Positions 34,559 to 44,563 are shown, counted from the first letter of the stretch. The stretch is DNA of 64,000 nucleotides from Dehalococcoidia bacterium (GCA_965214725.1 OZ243973.1:896745-960744), one strand, 5' to 3'. Notes: generated by a model from the letters alone, not told the origin. Translations and numbers: made by a program.

Positions 34559-35247
34559 CGATGAATCAGCGTCCGGCCCGCGGCATCATCTTTGACTTTG
34601 ACGGCGTGCTCATTGACAGTGAGCCGCTGTATCTGCAATCCGTGAACGTCATCCTGACGGAGTGCGGCGTGGAGCCGTTGACGGCGGCGCAGTATCAGCG
34701 GTGGATCGGTTCAACGGCCAAGCTGACGTGGGAGGCGCTGACGCGGGACAAGAACCTGCCTGAGCCCGCACAGCACTATCAGGATCGCTATGAGATGGTC
34801 ATTGAGGACGTTCTCAAGCGTGAGGTGGCGCTGAGGCCGGAGGCGGAGGAGCTGCTCGGCGTCGTTGAGCGGCGTGGCATCCCGCGCGGCCTCGCGACGG
34901 CATCACGCCGCAAGTGGCTCACCATCAAGCTGGAGGCTCTCGGCCTGACCGAGTTCTTTGATGTGGCGGTGTGTTCCACGGACGTACGGCGTACAAAGCC
35001 GGCGCCGGACATCTATCTGTTGGCGGCGGAGTTGATGGGGCTGGATCCGGCGGACGCAATTGCAATTGAGGACTCTCCGGCCGGGATTGCGGCAGCCACC
35101 GGGGCCGGCATCCGGACAATCGGCCTGCGCACACACATGACACAAGACCTTGATATATCGCGGGCGGATGAGATTATCGAGAATCTCCGCGAGTTTGACG
35201 TGGATCGCTACTTTGAACAGGGGGCCGCGCTGGCCCCGTCACGCTAG
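34555..35247 (+). CDS. HAD-IA family hydrolase (paralogue)
   Basis: 'IIFDFDGVLIDSE', 'LATASRR', 'TKPAPDIY' and 'EDSPAGIAAATGAG'. ATGA overlap with the preceding HAD gene. Confidence 0.85.
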   Translation: MTMNQRPARGIIFDFDGVLIDSEPLYLQSVNVILTECGVEPLTAAQYQRWIGSTAKLTWEALTRDKNLPEPAQHYQDRYEMVIEDVLKREVALRPEAEELLGVVERRGIPRGLATASRRKWLTIKLEALGLTEFFDVAVCSTDVRRTKPAPDIYLLAAELMGLDPADAIAIEDSPAGIAAATGAGIRTIGLRTHMTQDLDISRADEIIENLREFDVDRYFEQGAALAPSR

Positions 35248-35255
35248 GTAGGTGA

Positions 35256-36659
<1,404 letters not shown>

Positions 36660-36666
36660 GAGAGTC

Positions 36667-37122
36667 ATGCCGACCCACCTGCAAATCATCGCGCTGGACA
36701 AGATCGCCTACGAGGACGACGTTGATATGGTCGTCCTGCCCGGGGAAGAGGGGCAGCTTGGCGTGTTGCCGCGCCACGCGCGCATCGTCACGCTGTTGGA
36801 GCCGGGCGAGGTTCTGGCGCGCAAATCGGGTGATGAGACATCCCTGGCGATCAGCGGCGGATTCGCGCAGATTGGCCCGGACAGCGTAACCGTTCTCTCG
36901 GATGCGGCAGAGTACGCGGAGGAGATCGACGTTGCGCGGGCGGAGGAGGCGCGGCGCCGCGCCCAGGAGCGGCTGACAGATCAGCGAACGATGCCGGAGC
37001 TGGATATGGCGCGGGCGGAGTCCGCCCTGCTGCGCTCAATGACGCGGATTCGCGTGGCGGAACGCATCGCCGCGCGCCGCCGCCGGCAGAGCCCGCAGCC
37101 CACCAGAGGCACAGACACCTAG
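36667..37122 (+). CDS. atpC: F0F1 ATP synthase subunit epsilon
   Basis: 'LQIIALDKIAYEDDVDMVVLPGEEGQLGVLPRHA' beta-sandwich N-terminus and a helical C-terminus. Operon position supports the call. Confidence 0.9.
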   Translation: MPTHLQIIALDKIAYEDDVDMVVLPGEEGQLGVLPRHARIVTLLEPGEVLARKSGDETSLAISGGFAQIGPDSVTVLSDAAEYAEEIDVARAEEARRRAQERLTDQRTMPELDMARAESALLRSMTRIRVAERIAARRRRQSPQPTRGTDT

Positions 37123-37218
37123 ACGGCCGCAGGCAGCACGCAATCAGCGAGAGCTGTTAGAGAGGGGCGCTGTTTTCGGTCCCCATCTGACGGTCGCTCA
37201 TGAGGATGCGGGGAATGC

Positions 37219-37623
37219 ATGGCTAACGAGTCCGGCTCCGCTCGCTCCCGGCCAGATTACGACTCCCCTTCTTGGTGGCGTGAACAGGATGAGTCCATCT
37301 CTCGCATGTCCCAAGACGGGCGCGATGACATCGCACGCCGGGCGGCCCACCTCTTCTACCGCCTGGCAACTCGAAGTGACAATGATGAGCCTTGGGAAAA
37401 GTTCAGCTCTGACCTGGACACCGCAGCCCCTGAAGTACTGTATCTCTACTTTAAAATGACGGCGGGAGAGAGGTTCACTAGCCCGATCGGAGTGAACCAG
37501 ACCGAATCGTGCGAGCAGTTGCAGAAGTACTTTATGGAGTGGCTACGCGGCATTGCGGTTAGTGTGGCCAAGGCGTACGCCGGATACAACGTGACTCCGG
37601 AGGACTGGCCTCTCCCCTCCTAA
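37219..37623 (+). CDS. hypothetical protein
   Basis: 134-aa ORF with no recognisable motifs. It looks slightly more A/T-rich than the atp genes. Confidence 0.4.
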   Translation: MANESGSARSRPDYDSPSWWREQDESISRMSQDGRDDIARRAAHLFYRLATRSDNDEPWEKFSSDLDTAAPEVLYLYFKMTAGERFTSPIGVNQTESCEQLQKYFMEWLRGIAVSVAKAYAGYNVTPEDWPLPS

Positions 37624-37714
37624 TCAAAACGCCTGGGGCATCACGAGACGGCCGCAGGCTCGTAGGGCTGAATGCTTTCAGAGAGCCGCAATGCAGTACT
37701 GGGTGTGAGCCGCC

Positions 37715-38401
37715 CTAGCGGCGGCGGCCGTTGCTGCGGCGGCCACGCGTTCGCTTGGGCAGGGCATCATCATCATCCTCGGACCGGCGGAGATAGAACG
37801 TCATCGTCTGCAGCGCCTGCACGGGATCGATCGTCCGCACCGTGATGCCGTCCGGCACGTGCGGCGTCATGGGCGCATAGTTGAGGATGCCGCGGATTCC
37901 GCACGCAATCAGGCGGTCAATCACCCCCTGCGCCACGTCACCCGGCGTCGCCAGAATCGCGATGTCGATGCCCTGTGCCCGGATATAGGTTTCCATTTCA
38001 GAGACGGGGCGCACATGGACGGACTCAACGTGGCTGTCAATGATTGTGGGATCGGCATCAAAGGCGGCGTGGACATGGAAGCCCTCCGGCGTCAGGCCCG
38101 GGTACGTGATGATGGCGCGCCCAAGCCGCCCCACACCGACGAGGATGACAGGCCAGGACCGCTCAAGGCCGAGGATGCGTGTTAGATCATCCAGCAGCGC
38201 GGCGACGTCATAGCCCCGGCCCTGCTTGCCGAATCTCCCAAAGTAGCTCAGGTCTTTGCGGATCTGCGCCGGTGTGGCGCCGAGCGCCTGCCCCAGTTCA
38301 CGGGAGCTGACGACTTCCGCTCCGTCATCGAGCATGATGCGCAAGGCGCGCAGATAGCGCGGCAATCTATCGACAACGACAGCCGGTATATCCATAGGCA
38401 T
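37715..38401 (-). CDS. rex: redox-sensing transcriptional repressor Rex
   Basis: 'RLPRYLRALRIM...VSSRELGQALGATPAQIRKDLSYFGRFGKQGRGYDV' wHTH followed by the Rossmann motif 'VILVGVGRLGRAI'. Confidence 0.9.
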   Translation of the reverse strand: MPMDIPAVVVDRLPRYLRALRIMLDDGAEVVSSRELGQALGATPAQIRKDLSYFGRFGKQGRGYDVAALLDDLTRILGLERSWPVILVGVGRLGRAIITYPGLTPEGFHVHAAFDADPTIIDSHVESVHVRPVSEMETYIRAQGIDIAILATPGDVAQGVIDRLIACGIRGILNYAPMTPHVPDGITVRTIDPVQALQTMTFYLRRSEDDDDALPKRTRGRRSNGRRR

Positions 38402-38533
38402 ACGCTCCCCACATACACCCCCGCCCCGCCTGTCCGGAATTCGGGTATAAACGATGCCGGCGGGGCGCGTACGATTCTCAGATTCTAGGAATTGGCCGCG
38501 CGCATCGTCAAGTGGTGAACGCCTCTTTGCGGG

Positions 38534-39118
38534 TTAGCCGGTCGGAATGGGTGTGGGGGGAACGGTGGCTGTTGGAGCCACAACCAGGAAAGGCGCGGAG
38601 GAGTCGGCGGGGACTGTTGGCAACGGCGTGATCGGGGTATCCGGGCGGGGTGTGGCGGTTGGGTTGCGCGGAAGAACCTGCCCGGTCTCTGAGCGTTCAA
38701 GCGCGCCTTGACCCGGAATCCACACGGCTATCGGCTCCGTGCGCGGTGTCTCGTCCCGTCCGCGCGTCATAAAGACGCGGTAATGATGGAATGAGCCGCT
38801 CCGGAAAACGGAACCGTGCTCATGGAACGCCGCGCCGGGGCGCTTTGCCGCAACCTCATCCCACGGGCCATCCTCGTTCTCTGAGTACTCGAGCACCACA
38901 AACTCAACGTCCGCGTCCTCACTCGGCGGCACCCAGTTGAGGCGGATCACGTCCGTGCCAGGGATGACACCGCCACCCTCCAACAGTATCGCCTGCAGCG
39001 CCAACGTCTCAGGCGCCGGCAGCGGCTGCCGCATCACGCCATCCACTGCCGCACACGCGCCCGACACCGCCAAAGCGGCCAGGACGCAGGCAATAATCAC
39101 GGCCCGTACGGCTCTCAT
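38534..39118 (-). CDS. secreted protein with FN3-like domain and Pro/Thr tail
   Basis: Signal 'AVIIACVLAALAVSGACAA', 'IRLNWVPPSEDADVEFVVLEYSENEDGPW' and a PT-rich C-terminus. Confidence 0.55.
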   Translation of the reverse strand: MRAVRAVIIACVLAALAVSGACAAVDGVMRQPLPAPETLALQAILLEGGGVIPGTDVIRLNWVPPSEDADVEFVVLEYSENEDGPWDEVAAKRPGAAFHEHGSVFRSGSFHHYRVFMTRGRDETPRTEPIAVWIPGQGALERSETGQVLPRNPTATPRPDTPITPLPTVPADSSAPFLVVAPTATVPPTPIPTG

Positions 39119-39316
39119 CCACAGTCCTCACGAAGGGTTCGTCGTTTTCATCTGTCTGTGAGCACACGCACGGCGCTCCATTCCAGTGTATCTGAGACTC
39201 AAGGGCGGGGGTGTTGCCGCTCTCGTGTGCCATACGGCATTGACGAATACGAACGTATATTCTATTCTTCCTTTCTGACGATTGCGGCGCGACGACGACG
39301 GCGAAAGGGGGTCACG

Positions 39317-39514
39317 ATGACAGCGCAGCCGGTCACTCTCAGGGTACTCCGTCACACGCAGATACCGGAGCTGAGCGAGCTCTCCACACTCGCGATCATA
39401 TGGGGCATTGCACGGGCAATCGCGGAGGTTCCTCCGGACGCACTCGATCATTTCCTCGGCGAGTTGACGGGGAGCGGCGCGTCTCCCGCGGGGAAGGGGC
39501 AGGCGGGCGCATGA
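39317..39514 (+). CDS. small hypothetical protein (first gene of the packaging-module operon)
   Basis: ATG 39317 follows AAAGGGGG. Its stop overlaps the next start (ATGA at 39511). Confidence 0.4.
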   Translation: MTAQPVTLRVLRHTQIPELSELSTLAIIWGIARAIAEVPPDALDHFLGELTGSGASPAGKGQAGA

Positions 39515-39837
39515 GCAGGCAGCGGAAGAAGGCTAACTTCTATGAGCGGGCCATGTCAGAGGCGGAGGCGGAATATCTGAAGCGGGCCGCCAATGTGGAC
39601 GGGCTGGATGATGAGATTGCCGTGCTGCGCGCCAAGATTCTCACGGCCCTGGAGGACAGGCCGGATGATCTGCCCATGCTGATGAAGGGCATCGGCACCC
39701 TCTCCCGCACGCTTGCGGCGCGGCATCGGCTGGCTGACAAGGCAGAGAAGGACTTGTTCGCGAACTTGGCAGGCACGCTGCGCGGGCTCGGCGAGCAGAT
39801 CTTCACTGACCAGGACGGCGGCGGCGGACTGCTATGA
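39511..39837 (+). CDS. small helical protein in the terminase small-subunit position
   Basis: 108 aa, charged and helical ('DDEIAVLRAKILTALEDRPDD'). ATGA-coupled to the large terminase at 39834. The function is inferred from position only. Confidence 0.4.
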   Translation: MSRQRKKANFYERAMSEAEAEYLKRAANVDGLDDEIAVLRAKILTALEDRPDDLPMLMKGIGTLSRTLAARHRLADKAEKDLFANLAGTLRGLGEQIFTDQDGGGGLL

Positions 39838-41255
39838 CCGTCAAGAAGGCTCCCCCATCCGGCATCCGCCTGCGGCCCTACCAGGCGGCGGTGGCGCGCG
39901 CCGTTCTTGATTCTGTGATGAATCGCCGTGGGCTGACGTTCACGGTGGAGATGGCACGGCAGGCCGGCAAGAATGAGCTGTCTGCCTACCTGCAGATGGT
40001 GCTGCTTTTGCGGAACGCCGCACGGGGCGGCACGATCATTAAGGCCGCCCCCACATTCCAGCCGCAGGCCTTGATCTCCATCCAGCGCATCATGCGGCGG
40101 CTGGATGAGAATGGCCTCACCGGCGTCTCCCGCCTCGAAAAGGGCCACATCCTGCATGTGGGGCGGTGCCGCGCTACCTATCTCAGCGCCCATGGAAACG
40201 CGAACGTTGTTGGGCAGACGGCCGACCTCCTACTCGAAATCGACGAGGCGCAGGAGGTCTCCCCGGACAAGTTCAATCGGGATTTCCGCCCCATGGCCGC
40301 CTCCCAGAACGCAACAACCGTCCTGTATGGCACCGCCTGGCGGAGTGATTCACTCCTTGAACAGGTCAAGGCCGCCGGACGCGCTGCCACGACGACGGGC
40401 CCGGGTGGCGCGAGGGCGCCCACACGGCACTTTCGCTTTGACTGGCACGACGTTGCCAACTACAACACGCCATACGGCACATTCGTTGAATCTGAGCGGC
40501 AGCGGCTCGGCGAGGATCATCCCCTCTTTCGCACACAATACGCGCTCCTGCCGCTCGACGAGAACACGCGGCTCTTCAACAATGGGCAGATTGCGCAGCT
40601 CTACGGGACGCACGCGCGGCAGGAATCCCCACGCGCCGGCGGCATCTATGTTGCCGGCCTGGACCTCGCCGGAGCGCCCGTCGCCATCTCTGAGGCGGAG
40701 TGGGGCGCATCCGGCGTTGTTGCGCGGGATGAGACGGTGCTCACCATCGGAGAGATTGTGAGCACGGAGCGCGGCGCCGAGCCACAGGTGCGCGTCGTCC
40801 AGAACTATCACTGGCGCGGCGTGCCGCACGGCGCGCTCACAGAGCAGCTCACAGACCTGCTGGCGAATGTGTGGCGCGTGCGGCGTGTGGCGGTTGATGC
40901 AACCGGCATCGGCGAGCCGACGGCCGCGGCCCTCCATCGCCGTATGCGGAACGTTGTCGAGCCCATCACATTCACACAGCAGGCAAAGTCGAGACTCGGC
41001 TACGGGCTGCTTGCGCTCGTGAACGCGGGCCGCCTGCGCCTGTATGAGGATGATCAATCGCCTGAATCCTTCGCCCTGCGCCATCAGCTGAGGCACGCGC
41101 AGGCGGAATACAACGCGAACCGCACCATGAATTTCTATGTGCCGGAACGGGAGGGGCATGACGATTTCCTCATCTCGCTCGCCCTGCTGGCACATGCAAG
41201 CGCACAGGAAGGAGGAGCACGCACAGCCGTCGGACACCGCCCTCCCCTCGTTTAG
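39834..41255 (+). CDS. phage terminase large subunit
   Basis: Walker A-like 'EMARQAGKNE', Walker B 'LLLEIDEAQEV', 'VLYGTAW', and C-terminal RNase H-like acidic motifs ('YVAGLDLAG', 'VAVDATGIG', 'EGHDDF'). Confidence 0.8.
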   Translation: MTVKKAPPSGIRLRPYQAAVARAVLDSVMNRRGLTFTVEMARQAGKNELSAYLQMVLLLRNAARGGTIIKAAPTFQPQALISIQRIMRRLDENGLTGVSRLEKGHILHVGRCRATYLSAHGNANVVGQTADLLLEIDEAQEVSPDKFNRDFRPMAASQNATTVLYGTAWRSDSLLEQVKAAGRAATTTGPGGARAPTRHFRFDWHDVANYNTPYGTFVESERQRLGEDHPLFRTQYALLPLDENTRLFNNGQIAQLYGTHARQESPRAGGIYVAGLDLAGAPVAISEAEWGASGVVARDETVLTIGEIVSTERGAEPQVRVVQNYHWRGVPHGALTEQLTDLLANVWRVRRVAVDATGIGEPTAAALHRRMRNVVEPITFTQQAKSRLGYGLLALVNAGRLRLYEDDQSPESFALRHQLRHAQAEYNANRTMNFYVPEREGHDDFLISLALLAHASAQEGGARTAVGHRPPLV

Positions 41256-41312
41256 AACTGTTCCGGCTCACGTCCCTTTCCCTTTCTCAGACCCACCCGG
41301 AGGAGAGCAACA

Positions 41313-41696
41313 ATGACGATTGAATCACCGCAGCCGCCTGTGCCGCGGAAGCCCAACAATGTTGACCAACTGGAGATCCCGCTTGCTCAACGGAGCACAA
41401 CGGGCCGGGGAGACGGCCTGCCGGAGGACGCGCTGTACATCGATCGTGGCTGCGGCGATGGCTGTACGCGCTCCCTTGAGTGTCCGTTCCCGCGCTGCCG
41501 CTACGATGAGCCGCTGGTTTCACGACGCGAAAAGCTGCAGCCACGGGACCAGGCTATCGTCTCGGCGCGCATCAAAGAGGGGCTGCCCATTGCAGTCATC
41601 GCCGAGAGATTCAACGTCGGCACACGCACGGTATTCCGCGTCCTGCGCTCCGCACGGGCACAGAACGCGCCGGATAAGAGGGAGACATCATCATGA
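41313..41696 (+). CDS. Cys-cluster plus HTH DNA-binding protein
   Basis: 'CGDGCTRSLECPFPRC' followed by 'GLPIAVIAERFNVGTRTVFRVLRSA'. GGAGGAG RBS. ATGA overlap with the portal gene. Confidence 0.55.
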   Translation: MTIESPQPPVPRKPNNVDQLEIPLAQRSTTGRGDGLPEDALYIDRGCGDGCTRSLECPFPRCRYDEPLVSRREKLQPRDQAIVSARIKEGLPIAVIAERFNVGTRTVFRVLRSARAQNAPDKRETSS

Positions 41697-43033
41697 CGAC
41701 ACAGGGCAGTGAGAGCGCGGCCAGGTCCGGCACGACATTCGTGCCATCATCACTGGACAAGCGCGACACAGAGCGGCGGGAACGCTATCGTCGCAGCCTC
41801 GCCTTCTACAACGGCGAGCAGTGGCCGGGACGGGCGCGCGGACGAGAACGCCGCCTCACATTCAACTACGCAAAGGCCGCCATCGAAAAGGTCACGTCCT
41901 ATCTGATGGCTGACCTCCGCTCCACCGTGCCAAGCGCCGATTCTTCGCCGGAGGAGCAGGAGCGGGCGCAGCGCACAGAGCGCCTGCTCGCGGACATCGC
42001 GGAGGCGAACTCCCTCGATCAGCTCGATTTCGACTCTGAGATCGATACGGCCGTGTTGGGGGATGGCGTGTACAAGATCACGTGGGATGAGCAGCGCGGC
42101 GGTGTTCGCATCACAACGCCGGACGTGCAGGGCCTCTATTGCTGGTGGGTGGGTGATGATGTGAATCGCATCCGCCGCGTCGCCTCCCGCTATACGCTGG
42201 ACGCGGATGAGGCGCGAGACCTGCACGGCATCCGTCCGCCGGCGCGCGGAGGCGCCAACGCGCGTGTCACCATCACGGAGGTGTGGGGCGATGATCGCTT
42301 CCAGCTGTGGGCGGGTGACACGCTCACGCGGGATGAGGACAACCCCTATGGCCTGATCCCATTCGTCGTCTATCCCAACATCCGCGCCCCCAAGCAGTTC
42401 TGGGGCGTGACTGACATTCCCGCCATGGTGGAGCCCATCCGAGAACTCAATCGAGCCCTCTCCCAGCTCTCCATGATCCTTGAACTCTCCGGCAACCCCA
42501 TCGCCGTGCTGGAAAATGTTGACCAATCGCAGGACATCGCCGTGCAGCCCGGCGCGGTGTGGGAGCTGCCAGACCGGGCGCGCGCCTACCTGCTCGACCT
42601 GCTGCAAGGGGGCGGCGTGCAACTCCACATCGATTACGTGAACGCCATCTATCGAGCCCTGCATGACCTCTCAGAAACGCCGCGCATCGCCTTTGGTGAC
42701 AACCGTCAGGGGCTCTCCGGCGTCGCCTTGGAGATGGAACTGCACCCGCTGCTCCACAAGCTGCGGCGCAAGCGACTGATCCGGGCGGCGGCGTATCGCA
42801 AACGCAATGAGATCGCGCTGCGCATTCATGAGCGGATGACGGGTGAGAGCCTTGCGCCGTACCGGACAGTGATTGAGTGGGGGGCGATTCTGCCGCAGGA
42901 TCAGGCGCACATAACGCGGCAGGAGATCGAGCTAGTCAAAAGCGGCCTGCACTCAAAGCGGACGGCGATGGCGCGTTTCGGCATCCAGGACCCGGATGCG
43001 GAGCTGGCGCTAATCCGCGCGGAAGCAGAATGA
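41693..43033 (+). CDS. phage portal protein (SPP1 gp6-like)
   Basis: 'RYRRSLAFYNGEQW...RLTFNYAKAAIEKVTSYLMA', 446 aa, positioned after the terminase. Confidence 0.75.
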   Translation: MTTQGSESAARSGTTFVPSSLDKRDTERRERYRRSLAFYNGEQWPGRARGRERRLTFNYAKAAIEKVTSYLMADLRSTVPSADSSPEEQERAQRTERLLADIAEANSLDQLDFDSEIDTAVLGDGVYKITWDEQRGGVRITTPDVQGLYCWWVGDDVNRIRRVASRYTLDADEARDLHGIRPPARGGANARVTITEVWGDDRFQLWAGDTLTRDEDNPYGLIPFVVYPNIRAPKQFWGVTDIPAMVEPIRELNRALSQLSMILELSGNPIAVLENVDQSQDIAVQPGAVWELPDRARAYLLDLLQGGGVQLHIDYVNAIYRALHDLSETPRIAFGDNRQGLSGVALEMELHPLLHKLRRKRLIRAAAYRKRNEIALRIHERMTGESLAPYRTVIEWGAILPQDQAHITRQEIELVKSGLHSKRTAMARFGIQDPDAELALIRAEAE

Positions 43034-43039
43034 TCCCGG

Positions 43040-43301
43040 CCATCCCAACCGCACCAATTGGATTGCCCAGCCATCCCAACCGCACCAATTGGATTACCCT
43101 GCCATCCCAACCGCACCAACTGGATTACCCCGCCATCCCAACCGCACACAATTGGATTGCCCCGCCATCCTGACCGCACCCAATTGGATTACCCCGTCAT
43201 CCTGACCGCACCCAATTGGATTGCCCCGCCATCCTGAGAGCAGCGCACTGAATTACCCTGTCATTCTGAGCGCAGCGCGACAGCGCGGAGTCGAAGAATC
43301 C
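43040..43301. repeat. tandem array of eight 31-32 bp units, grading into a canonical family-B REP element
   Basis: Unit starts are at 43040, 43071, 43102, 43133, 43165, 43197, 43229 and 43261. Units 1-3 read ccatcccaaccgcaccaattggatt(g/a)ccc. Units 5-6 read catcctgaccgcacccaattggatt. Unit 7 reads ccatcctgagagcagcgcactgaattaccctg. Unit 8 reads tcattctgagcgcagcgcgacagcgcggagtcgaagaatcc. Confidence 0.85.
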
Positions 43302-43350
43302 AAGATGCCGTACTGCCACTCAAGGCGAGTGGCGCCGCGGCACGGCCACC

Positions 43351-43755
43351 CTACGTCGTTGGCACGCCGTTGCGTCCGTTCAGCAAGCCTTCGATCTTGC
43401 CCACGAACTCAGCGACGTGGTCGAGAATGCGCCGTATTTCCGCGGCGCCAAACCCGCTCTCATAGAATGTGGAATTGGTGTGCAGGGCGAGAACCTGGTT
43501 GAACAGAAGGCGATAGGTGTCATCACCTGTCTCCGAGCCGAGTTGACTAGAGGCTGCGAGGAGATGCCCCATGCTGCTGTGGGGCAGGCCACGGGCAGAA
43601 GCATAGGCTTTGATGGCCTGCTCTCCCGCCTCCCACCCCTTCTCGGAGGCAAAGTGCGCGGCATGGTGAAAATCTCCCCGCTCAAGCTCCTCATAGGCCT
43701 GCGTGAGATAGATCCGCCCCTGCTCGGCATATGTCCTGCCGTACCCGTTCACCAT
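43351..43755 (-). CDS. PaREP1-family (HEPN-like) protein
   Basis: Internal ATG 43755 (MVNGYGRTYAEQG...). 'EKGWEAGEQAIKAYASARGLPHSSMGHL...LHTNSTFYE' parallels the two paralogues at 47530 and 47941. The upstream part of ORF 43351..44013 overlaps the PLD gene. Confidence 0.7.
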   Translation of the reverse strand: MVNGYGRTYAEQGRIYLTQAYEELERGDFHHAAHFASEKGWEAGEQAIKAYASARGLPHSSMGHLLAASSQLGSETGDDTYRLLFNQVLALHTNSTFYESGFGAAEIRRILDHVAEFVGKIEGLLNGRNGVPTT

Positions 43756-43790
43756 GCGGACAGTATAAGCGACGGGCGGGCGGCCAATGG
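43753..43790 (-). promoter_or_regulatory. TATACT-N6-ATG cassette (candidate leaderless promoter) of PaREP1 copy 1
   Basis: On the minus strand this reads ...CGCCCGCCCGTCGCTTATACTGTCCGCATG. The -10-like hexamer ends 6 nt before the start codon. Confidence 0.4.
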
Positions 43791-43796
43791 CGAGAT

Positions 43797-44534
43797 TCAG
43801 CCGGCAGTAGCGGGCGGCGGGAACTGAAGCTCGTCTTTGTACTCCCAATAGCACTCGAGGCACAGGGGCTTTTCCATTGTCGTGTGCCACTCTCGGCCAC
43901 ATGTGTGGCATTGCCCTGCAGTACCCGGATCGCCCTCGTCCAAATCGTAGTAGCAATCGCGGCAATAGGGCCTTAGCCTTAACTTTGTTCGGACGCGCAC
44001 CTCGTCTCCGCAACTGATGCAGAATCCTTGGCGGGGCGGCTTTCCATCGCCGTCTGTCGGTTTCGCACGGGAAGCATCCTTGGCCTGGACCGTCTCGTCA
44101 GTGTCGGCTCCGACCGACGCAGCCTGGCTGCCCATCAGGCGCCTGGCTTCTTCGTATATGTTCCGATATAAGGTTGCATCCTCCAGCTTGCTGACGAGGA
44201 TCCCCATTTCCGGGTTGCGGTACAAAGAGGTTTCTTGAAGATTGGCCGACGTAATGAGAGCGTCTTTCTCGTTCATGTAGCATTTGGCATGGAGGTGGGG
44301 GACAAACGAGATTTCTATTCCAAGCTCTTCGATAAACGGTATCTCTCTTCGCGTCGCCTTGGATTTCTTGGAGACAACGTGAACTCTTGTCCCTCCCGCC
44401 GCACTCTTCAAGAGCCCTCTGGTCTGATCGTCGAGGTGAATATAGGGGCTAATCAGGACTAATTCCTCGTTGGCTTCCCTAATGATTCTGTGCAGACTTT
44501 CGGTGATGCCGTCTCGGGTGAGGAATGTGGCCAT
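43797..44534 (-). CDS. PLD-family (single HKD) nuclease-like protein with two C-terminal zinc ribbons
   Basis: 'PHLHAKCYMNEKDALITSANL' HKD-type motif. C-terminal 'CISCG...CRDC' and 'CHTCG...CLEC'. AGGAGG lies 9 nt upstream of the ATG. Visibly A/T-richer. Confidence 0.7.
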   Translation of the reverse strand: MATFLTRDGITESLHRIIREANEELVLISPYIHLDDQTRGLLKSAAGGTRVHVVSKKSKATRREIPFIEELGIEISFVPHLHAKCYMNEKDALITSANLQETSLYRNPEMGILVSKLEDATLYRNIYEEARRLMGSQAASVGADTDETVQAKDASRAKPTDGDGKPPRQGFCISCGDEVRVRTKLRLRPYCRDCYYDLDEGDPGTAGQCHTCGREWHTTMEKPLCLECYWEYKDELQFPPPATAG

Positions 44535-44563
44535 GGTGGGAGTCCTCCTGAGTGGTGGTCCGT

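Larger units (their letters stand above)
39317..43033 (+). mobile_element. prophage remnant: DNA-packaging module only
   Basis: Five translationally coupled ORFs (TerS position, TerL, HTH, portal). No capsid, protease, tail, integrase or lysis ORFs on either side. Confidence 0.6.

Noticed and set aside
40350-42664. 295-aa and 304-aa minus-strand ORFs (40350..41237 and 41750..42664)
   Set aside because: They are antisense to the large terminase and portal genes, which have recognisable motifs and translational coupling. Shadow ORFs.
43040-43301. Possible CRISPR array
   Set aside because: The units are directly abutting with no unique spacers. No cas genes are present in the window. The last unit is a dispersed REP element. 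Classified as a tandem repeat.
43756-44013. N-terminal 86 residues of track ORF 43351..44013
   Set aside because: It overlaps the 3' end of the PLD gene in another frame. Homology to the two other PaREP1 copies begins exactly at the internal ATG 43755.
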